A stretch of DNA of 64,000 nucleotides from Yuukianura sp. NJ FZ-2021. Its lineage: Eukaryota. The notes under the pieces were generated by a model that was not told the DNA's origin, did no database searches, and saw nothing but the letters and a program-made list of their open reading frames with translations. A program made the position numbers and the translations under genes. Shown here in pieces: positions 12,014 through 25,100 of this stretch (positions within the stretch are counted from its first letter, which is position 1; each line of letters starts with the position of its first letter). The stretch lies in the NCBI GenBank assembly GCA_046563655.1, contig CM102288.1:682001-746000 (forward strand). Direction: 5' to 3'.

Positions 12014-15000
12014 AAATCTCAATTTTAAAAAAAAAAGTCTACCTAAAACGCTCAAGGATTGTTAAAATATCGCCAGAAAATGTCGAAATAAATAAGTAAT
12101 TATGAAAACTTCTGTTTTCCTTTTCAACATTTTTTGAAAACATTCTCTCTTTTTTTTTTACTTTCACTCTCTTTTCTAAAAATCTTAATTCGAATCAGGT
12201 CCTGCTCTGAACAACTTTTTTGAAAAGAGGAAAATGGACAATAATTGAATTCCTGCGCTTCCAAACCATTAATATTCGCGTTTTCTTCATTTTCACTTCC
12301 TTAATGAGCATAAAATGGTGAAAGGAGGTTTCTGCGTGTTTTCTCCTTCTTAAAAACAGTGCTATGGGCTGTATTTTATGACTTAACTGCCTTTTGGTGC
12401 TACTCAGTTCAACTGTTGATGAGCTGTTAAATTATACTTTAGTTCTTAACGCCCATAAGATCAACCATCCAGCTTCCAGCATCATCTCAAACACAAAAAT
12501 AAAAAAATGAAATTTAAAATTTTATGAACCTGAGATGAAAAACGTAATGAACATCCTAGCAATAAGTCTGATTGTTCTCAATGTTCTAGGGAATTCAAAA
12601 CACTCTTCCCCCTTTTCAAAAAAAAATCAAAAAACCTGAAAGCTAAAAGTTCAGTTTTTAATATTTCAACCAGGTCATTCACCTTTTCATGACCTCAAAA
12701 GTTCCAGATCAGCCAAACTGCTTCTTTTCCTAAAAAATTTGACTAGTTTATCGCTGAATTTGACAGAAGATGAAAAATTTTGGAAGATTTGAATCACATT
12801 TTTTTAAACTTTAGCATTACAGTGGTGAGTGAAAGTGGAGCTAGGCAGGGTGAAAGTGAGTGAAATTTTGAAGGAAATGAATGTGATTCCCCTCGAACAC
12901 TCTTAATTTTTTCATTTCCTCAAATCATCCCCCTCGTCTGGGGGTGAGTTCATCCCCTTTGCAGAGTCATGCTACAGATTCTGAACTAACCTATCCCATG
13001 GACCACTACTGTTTCGTAGTGATGAGTAAGCGTAAGGGATGAAACCTCTTGTGGAAATGTCTGTCGGTGGAATGAATTAGAGGAATGAGTCATAAGATGG
13101 GGGATATTCAGTGGTAGAGTCATATTCATCCAGAATCCTAAAAGTGTTACCCGGGAGGAGAGATTTACCCGGCTAAAAACACCACCACCACCATGTGTCT
13201 TGTTGTATCAAAAGGCATTCGTCCACAAATGCTTCTGGAGCTTCCAGCAACTTTTTTCTCCAGCAGCTTCAACCCCCTGTGTCTGTGTCCATCTCAAGGC
13301 CACATAATTTCCAGTTGTGCTGAAAAGTTTAAGTTGGAAATTAAATTAGAAGTGAACTCAAAATGTTAACGTGAAAAAGTGAAAGTAAAAGATTACAGAA
13401 TTGAAATTAGACAAAAAATGTGAACGCAGAAGCATGGAATGAAAGCCGGATATCTGATGAGTTGAGAAGAATTTGTACAATCGGTAAGGCAATCGGTAAC
13501 CAATTATTAACTGACGTGAAGATTAAAAAATGTTTCAAAATTACGAGAATTGTAAAATGGAGACAAAAATTAGATGGTGAATTGTTAATTTACCTTGTTT
13601 CACAAGTAAGCCAGAAAATACGCTTTCTCCTGAAGACTTTCACTTTTCACACGATCACAGCGTGTTTTTTTTTGATAGATTTCGATTTAGTTTTGTTTTT
13701 TTTTGTAAAATTGCATTGTAATTTTTGAGTTAGAGAATGTAGAATGTTTTAAGGGAAAGGAAGTTGTTGGCCTTATGGTGCCCAAACGCACAGAATGATC
13801 ATTTGAGTTCCGTCGTTCCTTGTGTGGGATAGCATTGAGAAAGCTCTTAATTCTCTAAAGGACCATTTAAAACTTCCACTCATCCTCTCAAACAGACATA
13901 AACCAAACTCCTTTCTTTCTTCTTCGAAAAAAAAAACTTCTTCCGCTTTTTCCAAATCCTTCAAGATCTTCACAAAGTTATTATGACAAGGGAGTCCTTT
14001 GGTATTGTGAGACGGAAAGATTTTGTATCTTAAAGGTTTTGTCCCACACATGGAGTAAAACCATCCTCTTTTGTTCTATTCTCACACAATTACTGTTAAA
14101 AAGCATGAAGCAAAAAAAGCTAGAATTTTCGGTTTTCAAAAATTTTGGAAAAATTTAACCTGATCCATGTGCTCCAGCCAATCTCTGGAATTAACTGAAG
14201 CCCTTTGGCATCTCTGTCTCAGATTTACTTATTTTATGGAAAAGAAGTGCATTCTCCTGGACAAAGTTCTCGACTGGCATCCGCTCTACACAAAAAGGTC
14301 AACAACTTACAATGTTGAATTGAATAAGAAAATAATTTTCAAATTATGATACAATTTGAAAGTTTAACCGAATGTAATTTATAACTTGATTTTTTCCAAA
14401 AACTCCCATGTTTAGCTGTGAAAGAAAACAGGATGAACTACATTTAATGAAATTTTTTACTCAAAACTATGGAATTTTTTGAAGTGGATCTTAAGAACTA
14501 GCTATTTTTTTTACTGTTTTTCTTTGTGTAGTTTTTCGAAGGTTTCCAAAATATGAACAGTCGAACAAGAGTTATTTTTAAAATCAGTGTAGACCAAATT
14601 GCTGTTGATGTTTTTGTGCCCGTAACGTAACTATGACTTAAAAATAAGTTAAAGAAGGTTTGAGTTGAATTTGAGAACAAATCAGGCCGTAAGAGAGGAG
14701 GAAGAGGAGAATTGAAGTGTCTCTTCCAGAAAAGTCTCCCTAATTGTGATCTCTCTTTCCAAATTCCGTTCAAAAGTGAAAGTTTGGATTCGACGCAGAA
14801 AGCTCCAGTCGATTTCCAATCCCCTGCGCGTGTCTTTCTCCTTAAATTCGTAAATCCTTTTGGAAGAGATTGAAGGGCTCTTGTTAAAGTGTCTACCTTC
14901 AACTACACACGATCCTAACAGATGAAAATCTCCAAGCATCTAGGTCAAACCAAGTGCCTAAACCAGAAACACATCAACTAAACTCAAAGTGGGCCACAAT

Positions 15001-16111
15001 CCTTCAATTCCACTCACCATTACTCTCACTTTGTTCACCTAACGTAACTTTTTACATAACTAAACACGTTCTGCATAAAATTTATGCACAGAATTTTCAT
15101 ACACAAAATTTATTACCAAAACCTCTTTGAAATAATCAAAAACTGAAAAATCTTTGGTGAATTTCTCTTTCTGCTTTCTCCATTTCCCGGTAGCGACATT
15201 TGAAAAATGCAAATGCCACAAACATTGTCCTTTTAAAATTATATATTTTGAAAATTTTGAATTACTTTCAAAATTTAATGGTTCAGAAACTTATGAATTA
15301 TGATTTCGTAATTTCAGATTTATGAATTGGAAATTTTGATTCTCTCAAATGTCAAAAACGAAAGATCAAGAGGAATGGATTGAATTTGAGCAAAAGTGAC
15401 TCCCTGGAGATTTTCAAAATTTTGAAATTGGATCAATTAATCAAGTCGGAAGGTTGGTCCAGAATGTCTGTTGGAGAAAATTCCAATGTCCCAGGAGGCC
15501 ATTTCCAAATGAACAAATGACATTTATGATGTGTAGATCCGTCAAGGGACAGATAGTACAGCATGATCCATTACTTTTCAACTCAAATTGAAATTGGGAA
15601 GACTTAAGGGCCCAGGGGACTTAGCTCTGTCTCACGTGACATGACATTGTGGACGTCCTGGACGGGTGACATATGGATGACTTAAGTGGACCAGAAAGGC
15701 TCCAGCCGCCAAAGATTTGTCAAGCGTCAACTTTCACATGAATATTGAGTACCAAGGTTAGTAAACAAGAAAATAGATTTTTTTAACAGGTTAGGCAATC
15801 CCATTTTTTCACCCATGAAAACGAAAAGACAATCACGGCAAGTTTCCTGTGGAATTTTTGTAAATCGAATTTTTCTCATTCATTTTAAACGTTCAGTTTG
15901 GTGCAAACGTTAACATTTTTGCACAAAACTCTGGGCAAAACTGGAGTGGAAAAAGTTTGGGGAGAGATTTTCTGAGAGCGGGATTTATTGCCTAACCTGT
16001 TAAAGGAATTCTATTTTGTTGCTACAGGAACCTTGATTTAGTACAGTCCGATACATCATCTATGTTGGCCTAACTAACCTAACTTTTTAGCGTAACCCGA
16101 AACGACTAAAA

Positions 16112-19100
16112 ATGAAGTGGAGCTGGGATTTGATGTACCAGTGGAAGGCTGCTCTGGTGACCCTCACCATGACAACGTCGGATAAAAGCAGCTCGGCTCA
16201 GCCGAATGGGGGGCTCGGGGGTCCTCGTGACCTTGCTGACGAAATTTCAGAAGACCTTGACCTCAAGGTCAATGTCAACGGAACGCAGTGGAAGCGGTGG
16301 TCAGTCGGATCAGACACAAATGGAGCTTATGCTAAAGTGGCAAATCTGGATTCCGATTTAGACGAAGTGACAGTTGAGCCAATCCCAAGTGACCACTTAA
16401 ACAGAACCCTTCAAGGGCCCCCTGTCCAGAAATGTGACAGTGACAGTGGTAGTGTTGTCATGACAGCATCGTGTCCAGGAAGTCCTAAGACTCAAGGGAG
16501 ACGGTCCTTCCTGGACATAGCCTATGACAGAATCCTAGCTCCACAATTACATGACAAGTGGAGACAACTTTTCGACAAATTTGACTACGAAGGTTTCGGC
16601 GAAATTCCTTGGACAGATTTTGTGTCGGCACTTCGGTCACCCGAGTTTAGAGCAGCTCTGGAACCCGGGAAAATTCAACTTTTGATGGATTTGGCTCAAA
16701 GTGATTCTCGGCGCACGACGGCCATCACTTTCCAGCATTTCGTTAACATCGTAAGTCCAATTTTAATTTTTGCCATTTCCGAAAAATTTTCGTCAAAATT
16801 GAAAGATTTCTACTTTTTTTGACAAAGTTGACATCATTAGTTCCATTAAGAAGACAATGGGTGATTGTAAAAAGAAAGTCTATTGTTCTCGTCTCAGAGA
16901 CTATGATTTCCGTTTTCATAAAAAAAAAAATCTTCTCTTTTTTTGAAAATTTTTAATCATTTGGAGCTTTTTCATCATTTTGCGGCTTCATTTTCTTCTT
17001 TTAGATTCTTTTCTAATCTCTCCCACTGCGGCCCTTCCTCTCTTTTTACTCTTTTGTTCTATTCTTTTTCCTGCTTTTTTTTTCTTGAAAAATTTCCCAA
17101 ATTTTGAAAAAGTGCATTTCATCTTCTCAGAGGGGAAGAATTGGAGCTTTGGAAGAAGCTCAACTGCTTAGCAGGTGGGAATGAACTTGCAGAGGAACGC
17201 TTTTCAGCACATCCATTTTGAAACGCGAAGCATTTTCAAAAAATTCAAAAAAAATTGTTTACAAAATTTTCAAATTCGCATTTTTTTATACTGGTTTTTC
17301 AAAAATCCGAGAATGAACGATACTGTAACTAGTGATGAATTTCTGTACACTAAATTCAGGTTAAAGAAATTTTTTAAACAAATGGTTGTGAGGCAGAGTG
17401 TGATGTAGAGGATTGTTTTGTCATTTTGTAGCGCAGGGGAGCCCTTAAGGGGTCACAGTTTAAGTGTAGCCCCTTTTTATTATAAATAACCATTTGGAAG
17501 ATCAAGAGATGAAAAGACTTGGAAGGAGCCTTGCGTCGGAAGGAAGATCACTTCAAGGGACACTTCTGAGTAGACGAAGATGAAGATGCGGCAATTTGTC
17601 TTTCAAAGTCACTATGGTGTCTCTTGACCACCAACAAAGTCCTCCCTGCCCTTAAGTCCTCCAGTCCCTTAGTCTCAAGGGCCCTTATCTTCCACTTCCA
17701 TCATATCACCATCTTCAGGGCCTTTTATTAGAGGGAAAGGACTTTATTACGTGACGAAGCCAACACGGTGACCCTCGTCAAGGGCCCCCCTCTTCCAGGA
17801 ATTCCAGAATCTAAAGGGCTCTCTTTATTATATCTCTGGATGTTTGGCTTTGAGGTCCTTAAAAGTGTTACTAACAACTTTGAAATTATTTTTCCAAATT
17901 TTGTTAACATTTTCCAGTTTTTCGATGGAGCCCTTGAGAAAGAGTAGATTTGTCTCCACTTCCTTGGTGAAAGTGTCCATGCGTCGAGACAGGCCCTGCA
18001 TGAGCCCTTCGGCTGCCAAGGGCCTCCTGCTTTTATATTCCAAACTTTTGAGGCTCTTGTCCATGTCGGCAATTTTGTTGTCTAGAATGTCGAATTCATT
18101 GAAGAGTACCCTTAAGGTAGCAGAGTTGTTTGAAGCGATTTGAATCAGTTGAGTTTGAATTTCTCTTGATTGATATTCATTTTCTTCCAATGCAGCTAAA
18201 AATTCATACAAAATCAAATTTATATTAATCAGAGCATATTAAGCAACCGCTAGGTTGAAATTTAGTGGATTTTATTAAGTACCCATAAATTAAATAGTTA
18301 AGTTTAATTTAAGTTATTTGTTTTTACTAATACGATTTGCCAAAGAGTCCAGTACTTGCTGAATAGTTGCACCCGGAGAATTTCCTGGCGCATACTAAAG
18401 CATTATGGGAACCAAAAATTAATTATAGATTATTAAATTTTAAAAATTATACATAATACAAAAAAAAAGACTTCAAATCAACACTGATCTGCTTAAACTT
18501 ACATTTCCTCTTGCTTTTCCTGGAATTTCACTGATTCTTAATGAAATTAAAACAAAAAGTACTGCTGCTGCAGTTTTTAAAATCAAGCGTAACATGTCAA
18601 ACTTTTAAATTTTCAACTATTTGCAGAACTAGCAGTGCTTTAAATAATGTTGCTATTGTTGTCAACAAGCAAATGCATTGAAGGAGCGATGAAACTAACA
18701 GTACTTTGTTTAACACACAGTCGAAACTAATACTTTTGGGACAATGCTGTTTAGTCAATACAAAACACACAATAAAATTAGGTTTAAAATTTGACATAAG
18801 AAATGAGTGTTTGCATGTTTGAATTCAAAAGTTAGTCCACTTTTTTGAAATTTAAAAATTACACTTTTTACTACTTTTTAGTTTACAATACACATGCACA
18901 AACACAAATTTTGATTCGAAATTTGATTTCGTGTACTCAAAAAATGAATGAAGCGGTAGAGTTTGTTGTTTGCTAACAAAGGAATTTTTCCAAACCTGCA
19001 CATTGTGCTAGCCGCATTCTCACTGTTAAGTTGTAACTATTGTTAAATTTTGAGGAAATTTGGGTTAATTTCAATCTTTTCAAAAAACCGTTTCATGTTT

Positions 19101-22100
19101 GAAAAATTCCATGTCATTGTTAACTGCACGACAAGAGTACAGAGTTAAGTAGACACTTAAGTGCTTAAAAGTTTACAGTACAACGGAAAAGTGTCATTTT
19201 TTGAATTTTTCCAAACTGTTTAGAAAACGGATTAGGAGACTTTGTTGTTGTTGGATTAGGAGACTTTGCACAGGACGAGCGTAAGGTAGCTCCTGCTTTT
19301 CAAAATTTGAAAAATCTTTTTCCGAAATTTTGAAAAATGAGAGCAGGGCTCAAAAGTCTATAGGCGGAACAAGTACGTGAGATTTGAGTGTAAAAATGTA
19401 TTATTTTGAAACGTTCTTCATTTCCTTTTGTCATGTTTGTTATAATTTACGGTATCCAATTTTTCAATGAAGAATGAACTTTTTTTCTCTTCTTCCCGTA
19501 ACAATGATAAAGGGGGCCCTTAAGCCATAAACAGATTACCTCTGAGGTCCTTAAACTTCAAAATCCTGTCCCCTTAAATAATGTGTCAAAAAGTGAGAAA
19601 GGTGTTTGTTAACGTTTTCTCAAAAAACTTTTCGAAATTTACTCAAGGGCCCCCCTCTTTTCCTTTGACACAAACCGACACAAAGTGACATAAGGGAGGG
19701 AGCCCTTGAACCAAATACCGTCAAATCAAAGTTGTCAAATTCAAAATTACGAAGTTTCGGAACACCGAAATATAGATTTTTTTTCAAAATTTCAAGTTTC
19801 TACACGCATAAGTGTCGTATTTGGTGCTTTTTTTTAATAGTTTCTGTTCGTGGGTGTTCCTTAAGTATTGTTGAGGGTTTAAAGAAAGTTTTCTTTTGAG
19901 AAGAAGGATAGCGGCTCCTTATTTTGAAAAACTTTTGTTTTGAAAATCGTTTTTCAAAATTTTGGTGTGTTGAAGGGAGGCTGTTCTGATGTGGTGGAGC
20001 ATTGGTCTGAACGATTAGTGGATTTAAAACACCTTGTAGGTCCCTTAAGACTAAAATAGCCTAACATTTAGGCTTGTCACTCATGCTTAATAACCAGGAT
20101 CTACAAAAGGATTTGGACGAAATATTTTGACCAAATCCCTCAACCATGCTTTCACCATTTAACTCCCAAAATATAACAGGTCATAATAAAATATTATAAG
20201 AATATATATAAGTAATGATTATGATATTATCTCATATTATAATATTATTATATTATTATTATTAATTATTATAAAAAAAGTGCAAGTGTAACCTATAGCT
20301 TCAAATTTTCAGACCTCCGACAAATCCGCACCGAACCTTCATTTAGTACAAACCAAATTTTGAAGTTAAAAATTATTTTTTTGTAGGGCATTGATTCAAT
20401 TGAGTTTGTCCCTATTCTTAATTCTTCAGTTGTGTTTTTTGTGCAAAAGAGAAGATGTTCATTTTATAACTCAATTAGATTTGAAGTGTTGTGGAGTGAG
20501 GGTGGATGCTGGCAGTATTTGCTCGACTGGTGGCATTCTTGAGTCGTCCCAGCCTTTAATTTTGTCAAATCCACCGAATTCCCACCCCACACCGCTCTCC
20601 ACCCTTCCAAATAATTGGAAGTTCACGACAACAACAACGGTTCAACCAGAAACATACTTCAAAGTGGAACTGAAAAGTAGAAAGCGGTACAATTGTGTAA
20701 ACAACAAAGAAGTCAACACAAAATGACCCAAAAAAGATATGCACTCCAGTGACAAGTAACAACAATAAAACTAAGCTCTGAGTAGTAAAAATCTTAAAAG
20801 CAGTTGCAGAAGATTTTTTGAACGAAATATATCTGTTCACTTTTCTAAAATTCGGTTTTTAAAAAGAAATTTTAATTTTAGGCATTGATTACTGCATAAG
20901 TCCACATTTTAAAGCAATGAAATTTTTTCTGAAATAGATTTCAAAAATTTAGTTCCACATCAAAAATTTTCTTGCAGGACGACGACAATTTCTAATGTCC
21001 TAAGCTGTCTTCCTACAGTTGTATTGCCTTACTTAACTTTAATAGATTAATTTGCCCATTTTTGCTGTTTACCTAATTGTTGTTGATCAATTTGACTTGA
21101 GGAGTTGCTTAGTATGGCTTCTTACAAAGGTAAAAATGAGGGATGAATGTTTAAGATCTTCTCCGAAGCGGAAAAGACGTTAGTCAGGACCTCCGAATTT
21201 GTTGGAAGAATGAACTAAATCATGATTATTGACTCAACCTGTTCAAGTTTAATTTCGGAACAACATCAAAGCAAACTAACTTACCAAAAAAACTTTTTAC
21301 AAAAAATACCCAAAAACTAACAAGTCTGTAACGTCTCTTTTTGCATCTTCATCTTCCCCTGGACCAACACATAATTAGGTAGGATGGGCATGAGGGCTCT
21401 AAAATCTTCCAAAAAGAGAAAGCGACAAAAGCCGAAACTTCTGAAGAATTAGGGACTTGAAGGGCCCTATGCCGATCCCTTATTATTTTGAGAAAAAAAC
21501 AAGTTGGATTTACTTTTCCTATTATTATTTGTTTCTGGAATGTTTCATGATGCACTTCAATTGTTTACTTAACACATTTGTTCAGTGAATAACATTCAGC
21601 TTATCCACGAAGTACATGTTAACTTGTTCAATACAAAAATTAATTGTGTTATTTACACAGGAACAAAGAAAAAACAGTTTTTGACAAATAATAAAAAACA
21701 GGAAGTTTTTAACTTTTTGTACTAAAAGGTGAAATTTTACGATTTTTCCTGCTTTTATGTCGTGTTTACCTAAACTTCTTTTGGAATGGACTCCATACCC
21801 ATTATTGCTCAATTTCGAAAAAAAAAATGGTGAATTTCAAAATTTTGAAATGAAAATTTAGTTTTTCGTTTCCAAAATTTTGACGAATTTTGTTAACGAA
21901 ACTGCAAAAATGCAGTTAAATTATACGGAGAATTTTGTCAAATTTGAATTCGGCGTATAAAGGGTAAGAGAGTCTTCCTATAGTTTCTCTTTCGAAATTT
22001 CGAAATTTCCAAAACAGCTTTACCTTTTTCAAAAATGGCAATGTCAAACATTTTCGTGACCTTTAACCTTTTAGACAGTTTAACTAAAAGTAAGTTAGAA

Positions 22101-25100
22101 ACGAGTAGAGATTAAGGAACGTTTGAAGGGGTTGAAAAAGTATTTAAGTGAGTGAGACAATGGAATCTGTCTCACATTTTTTAGAGATTTCGTAGATGGG
22201 CAAGATAAGACAGGCGAAGGGGTCCCCCATGGGGTAGGACCCTTCAAGTGTTGAATTCCTAAGGACCCTTGACCATCCCTTCACAACATATTTGGAGTCT
22301 TAACAGGTTTCTGTGTTCTATTTGTCCACTTTGCCCAATGATTTGTTGAAGTCACAGACTCTTAATTTTAACAATTACTTTTAGGAGACAGTGTCCTTAA
22401 GGCCCTTAAGTCTTAGGTTAGTTAGGCTAAGGGCCTCAGTTAGGCTAAAAAAGAAGAATGACGGGAGGAATTCCTGAGGTGTGACTGAGGTTGATCCGCA
22501 CCAACCCTCCCTTGGTCATGCCTCATAAATTAAGGGGCCAAGGGACACCACCAAAGGTGACAAAGGGACACTCCACGGCCTAATGAAGTCATAGCCAAGG
22601 GCCCCCGAGAAGACGCAGACGTCGTGTTCAGTATCAGACGCACAAATAAGGAAGCAAAGTTAGAATTCTTATAAGAATTAAGAAAAATCTAACTTTTTCA
22701 AAAAATTTCAAATTTTAAGCGGTTTGAGTTCAACTTTTAAAACTACTAAAAAGTTCTTAGCCTTTCTAATGATAAGTTAAAGTAACCCGGTACAGGAAAT
22801 ATGTGAAGTGTCAAAAGTTAGGAGATTTTGGAATGTGAAGGGACGTGACATGACATGACAGTTTCCGAAGGGCCCCCCTCCAGCGGTCCCTTGACACATT
22901 CAAATCCGTCCTGATGAGCTCAATAATTTTTGACTTCGGCCAACTCCTGTTCTTGTCAATTATCACTTACCGGATTCCGAACTTGAAAATTTTCAAATTA
23001 AAATTTCAAAATTTAAGCTTTCACTTTTTCAAACTCTTCTTTGCAAGTACTTCAAGAAATACTTTCTAAAAAACTGAAATATTGTGGAAGTTTCAACTTT
23101 TGTATAACTTTTTTTTTCTGTAAAAATCTTATTCCAAGGTTATTTTTTAAGATTTTGTTAGATTGGATTTTGTAGTACAAAAGAAGGAAGATTTGTATTA
23201 TTTGTTGAACATATTGAAAAAGAGATACTTCTGCTCGACTTGAAATCCTTGAGCTCTTAGGATTTAGAAAATAAGAAGAATGTTGTGCATCTCCTTCCGG
23301 GAGAGAGACTCTCTTTAATAAAGTTTTCCCTCTCGGTTCATTAGTTTTAATCATTGTAGAAGACCTATGTTGTTTGTAATGGAGAATAATAGAAGATGTT
23401 CTAGAATCTAAGAAGATCTTTAAGCTCCTTCTGAGCACTTTCTTCTCTTTGTCCTCCTCTAATCTTCATCCCATCTTCACCCACAATGGACAAGGATCGA
23501 TCTCAGACGCTCTCTGGACCACAGCATCCCATCACTCACGCCCAATGACCTCCGCCCTCATAACACACCAAAACATTACTCCCAATTCAGTTTTACAATC
23601 ACAAATTTCACAAAAAATTTTGAAACTATTTTGAAATAATTTGAAAACTCAACTTCAGAATTTTGGGTGCAATTTTCAGTCAAAAGGTTTCATTTTTTTA
23701 ATGAGTTTCTTTACTTCTTTTTTTTGGAGAAAGTCCAAAGTGAAAGTTGCCATTTGAAAAGTGCTTTGCTTTGTTTGAATTCTCGCTCGTCTTTCTTCCG
23801 TTTCCTGTTTGAGGAAGGTCTTTTTGGCAAATGTTAAGTAAAGGCTATAGAGTTGAGGCAGATGAGTAGGGCCCTTAAGTACCCCCTTCTTCCTGAAAGT
23901 TGATTCTGAATGGATGATACTTGATCTTTGCCAGTTGTTTCTTAAAGGAAACAATCTGGACCAGAGGGCACACGACCTCACTCTTGCTTTAAACACTTTC
24001 AATACGGAAGTTCAACCTCCGAGCAGCATGTGCCTTAAGGGCCCTCCTCTCCCAAAAAGAGAGAAAAAAGCTCCAATTTCAACTCTCCATTTTGATCATC
24101 ATCATTGTTAAGGCCGCCTTTTAAATGCCAGCAGAAGTTCCTTGTCCGTCAGCTGTGTAATTGAAGCAAGGAAAAGGGCCCACATGGGCCCTTAAGTACT
24201 CGTCCAAGGTTAGGCCAAGTTTAAAATTCAGGTTGAGGTTGGATTTACACTTTTTTAAAACTCGAAAAACACGGAAGTTTAGTTCGGCAGGAAGTAACCC
24301 TCAAGGTGGTTTCTTGGCACACGGCTGCCCTTAAGGGCCCTCTATAGTGCTGCTTGATTTGAAAAAATCGTAAAGCGTAATTGGTTCAAATTTGATGAAA
24401 AAGCTGCGCGTTTTGTCTTGTGCTGATCTTCGAGGAATGATTTTTTGTGTTTGCCTTAGGTTTAAGGCCTCAGGGGCCCTTAAATCGGCAGCAGCAGCTG
24501 GAAAACAGAGGCTTTGTGGTGCCTTGGCACATGCTCTCCGTCCGGCTTCATCTTGCTCATGATTCATGGGGAAGATGAAGTTGAAAGGCTGGGAAATTGG
24601 TCTGTTGGAATAAAGGGCCCACACGGTAAGGAGTGTATGGGGGCCCTTAGTAGTAGTTGACCCTTCTCAAATGATCTCCAAAAATAACCTAATATCTTTG
24701 TGGAAACAACTGACTCTGTAAGTTGGAGTGCAGAGGTTAGGCCGGTGTGTGGAAGATGATGAAAGAGATGTGGTGGTCAATGGCAACAGCAGCAGCAGCC
24801 CTTAATTTTGGGTTAAAAGTACCCTCCTTGATCCTCAAAAGTACGCGCGGGAAGGAGGGGGCCCTTCAAATTCAGAAAATGGTTGACTACACATTATGTT
24901 TTGGGCATAATTGGAAAGGTGGTGGAAAATAGGTTTCCGTGTGTGCGAGAAATATGTTTGTTCAAACATGAATTTCTTGTTTAGGCACAATTTTTGTAAA
25001 AGTGTTTATTTTGTCAACTGCATTACCCTTAATTTGTTTTGTAGTTAACTGTATTTAGTTAACTGTTTATGGTAGTTGAGTTAATGAGAGTTTAAATGCA

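Noticed and set aside
17728..18072. Overlapping minus-strand ORF suggesting a frameshift in the nested gene
   Set aside because: The spliced frame ends cleanly at a TAA overlapping AATAAA, so this is an alternative-frame shadow.
20180..20280. Extremely AT-rich tract
   Set aside because: Simple low-complexity sequence with no defined structure.
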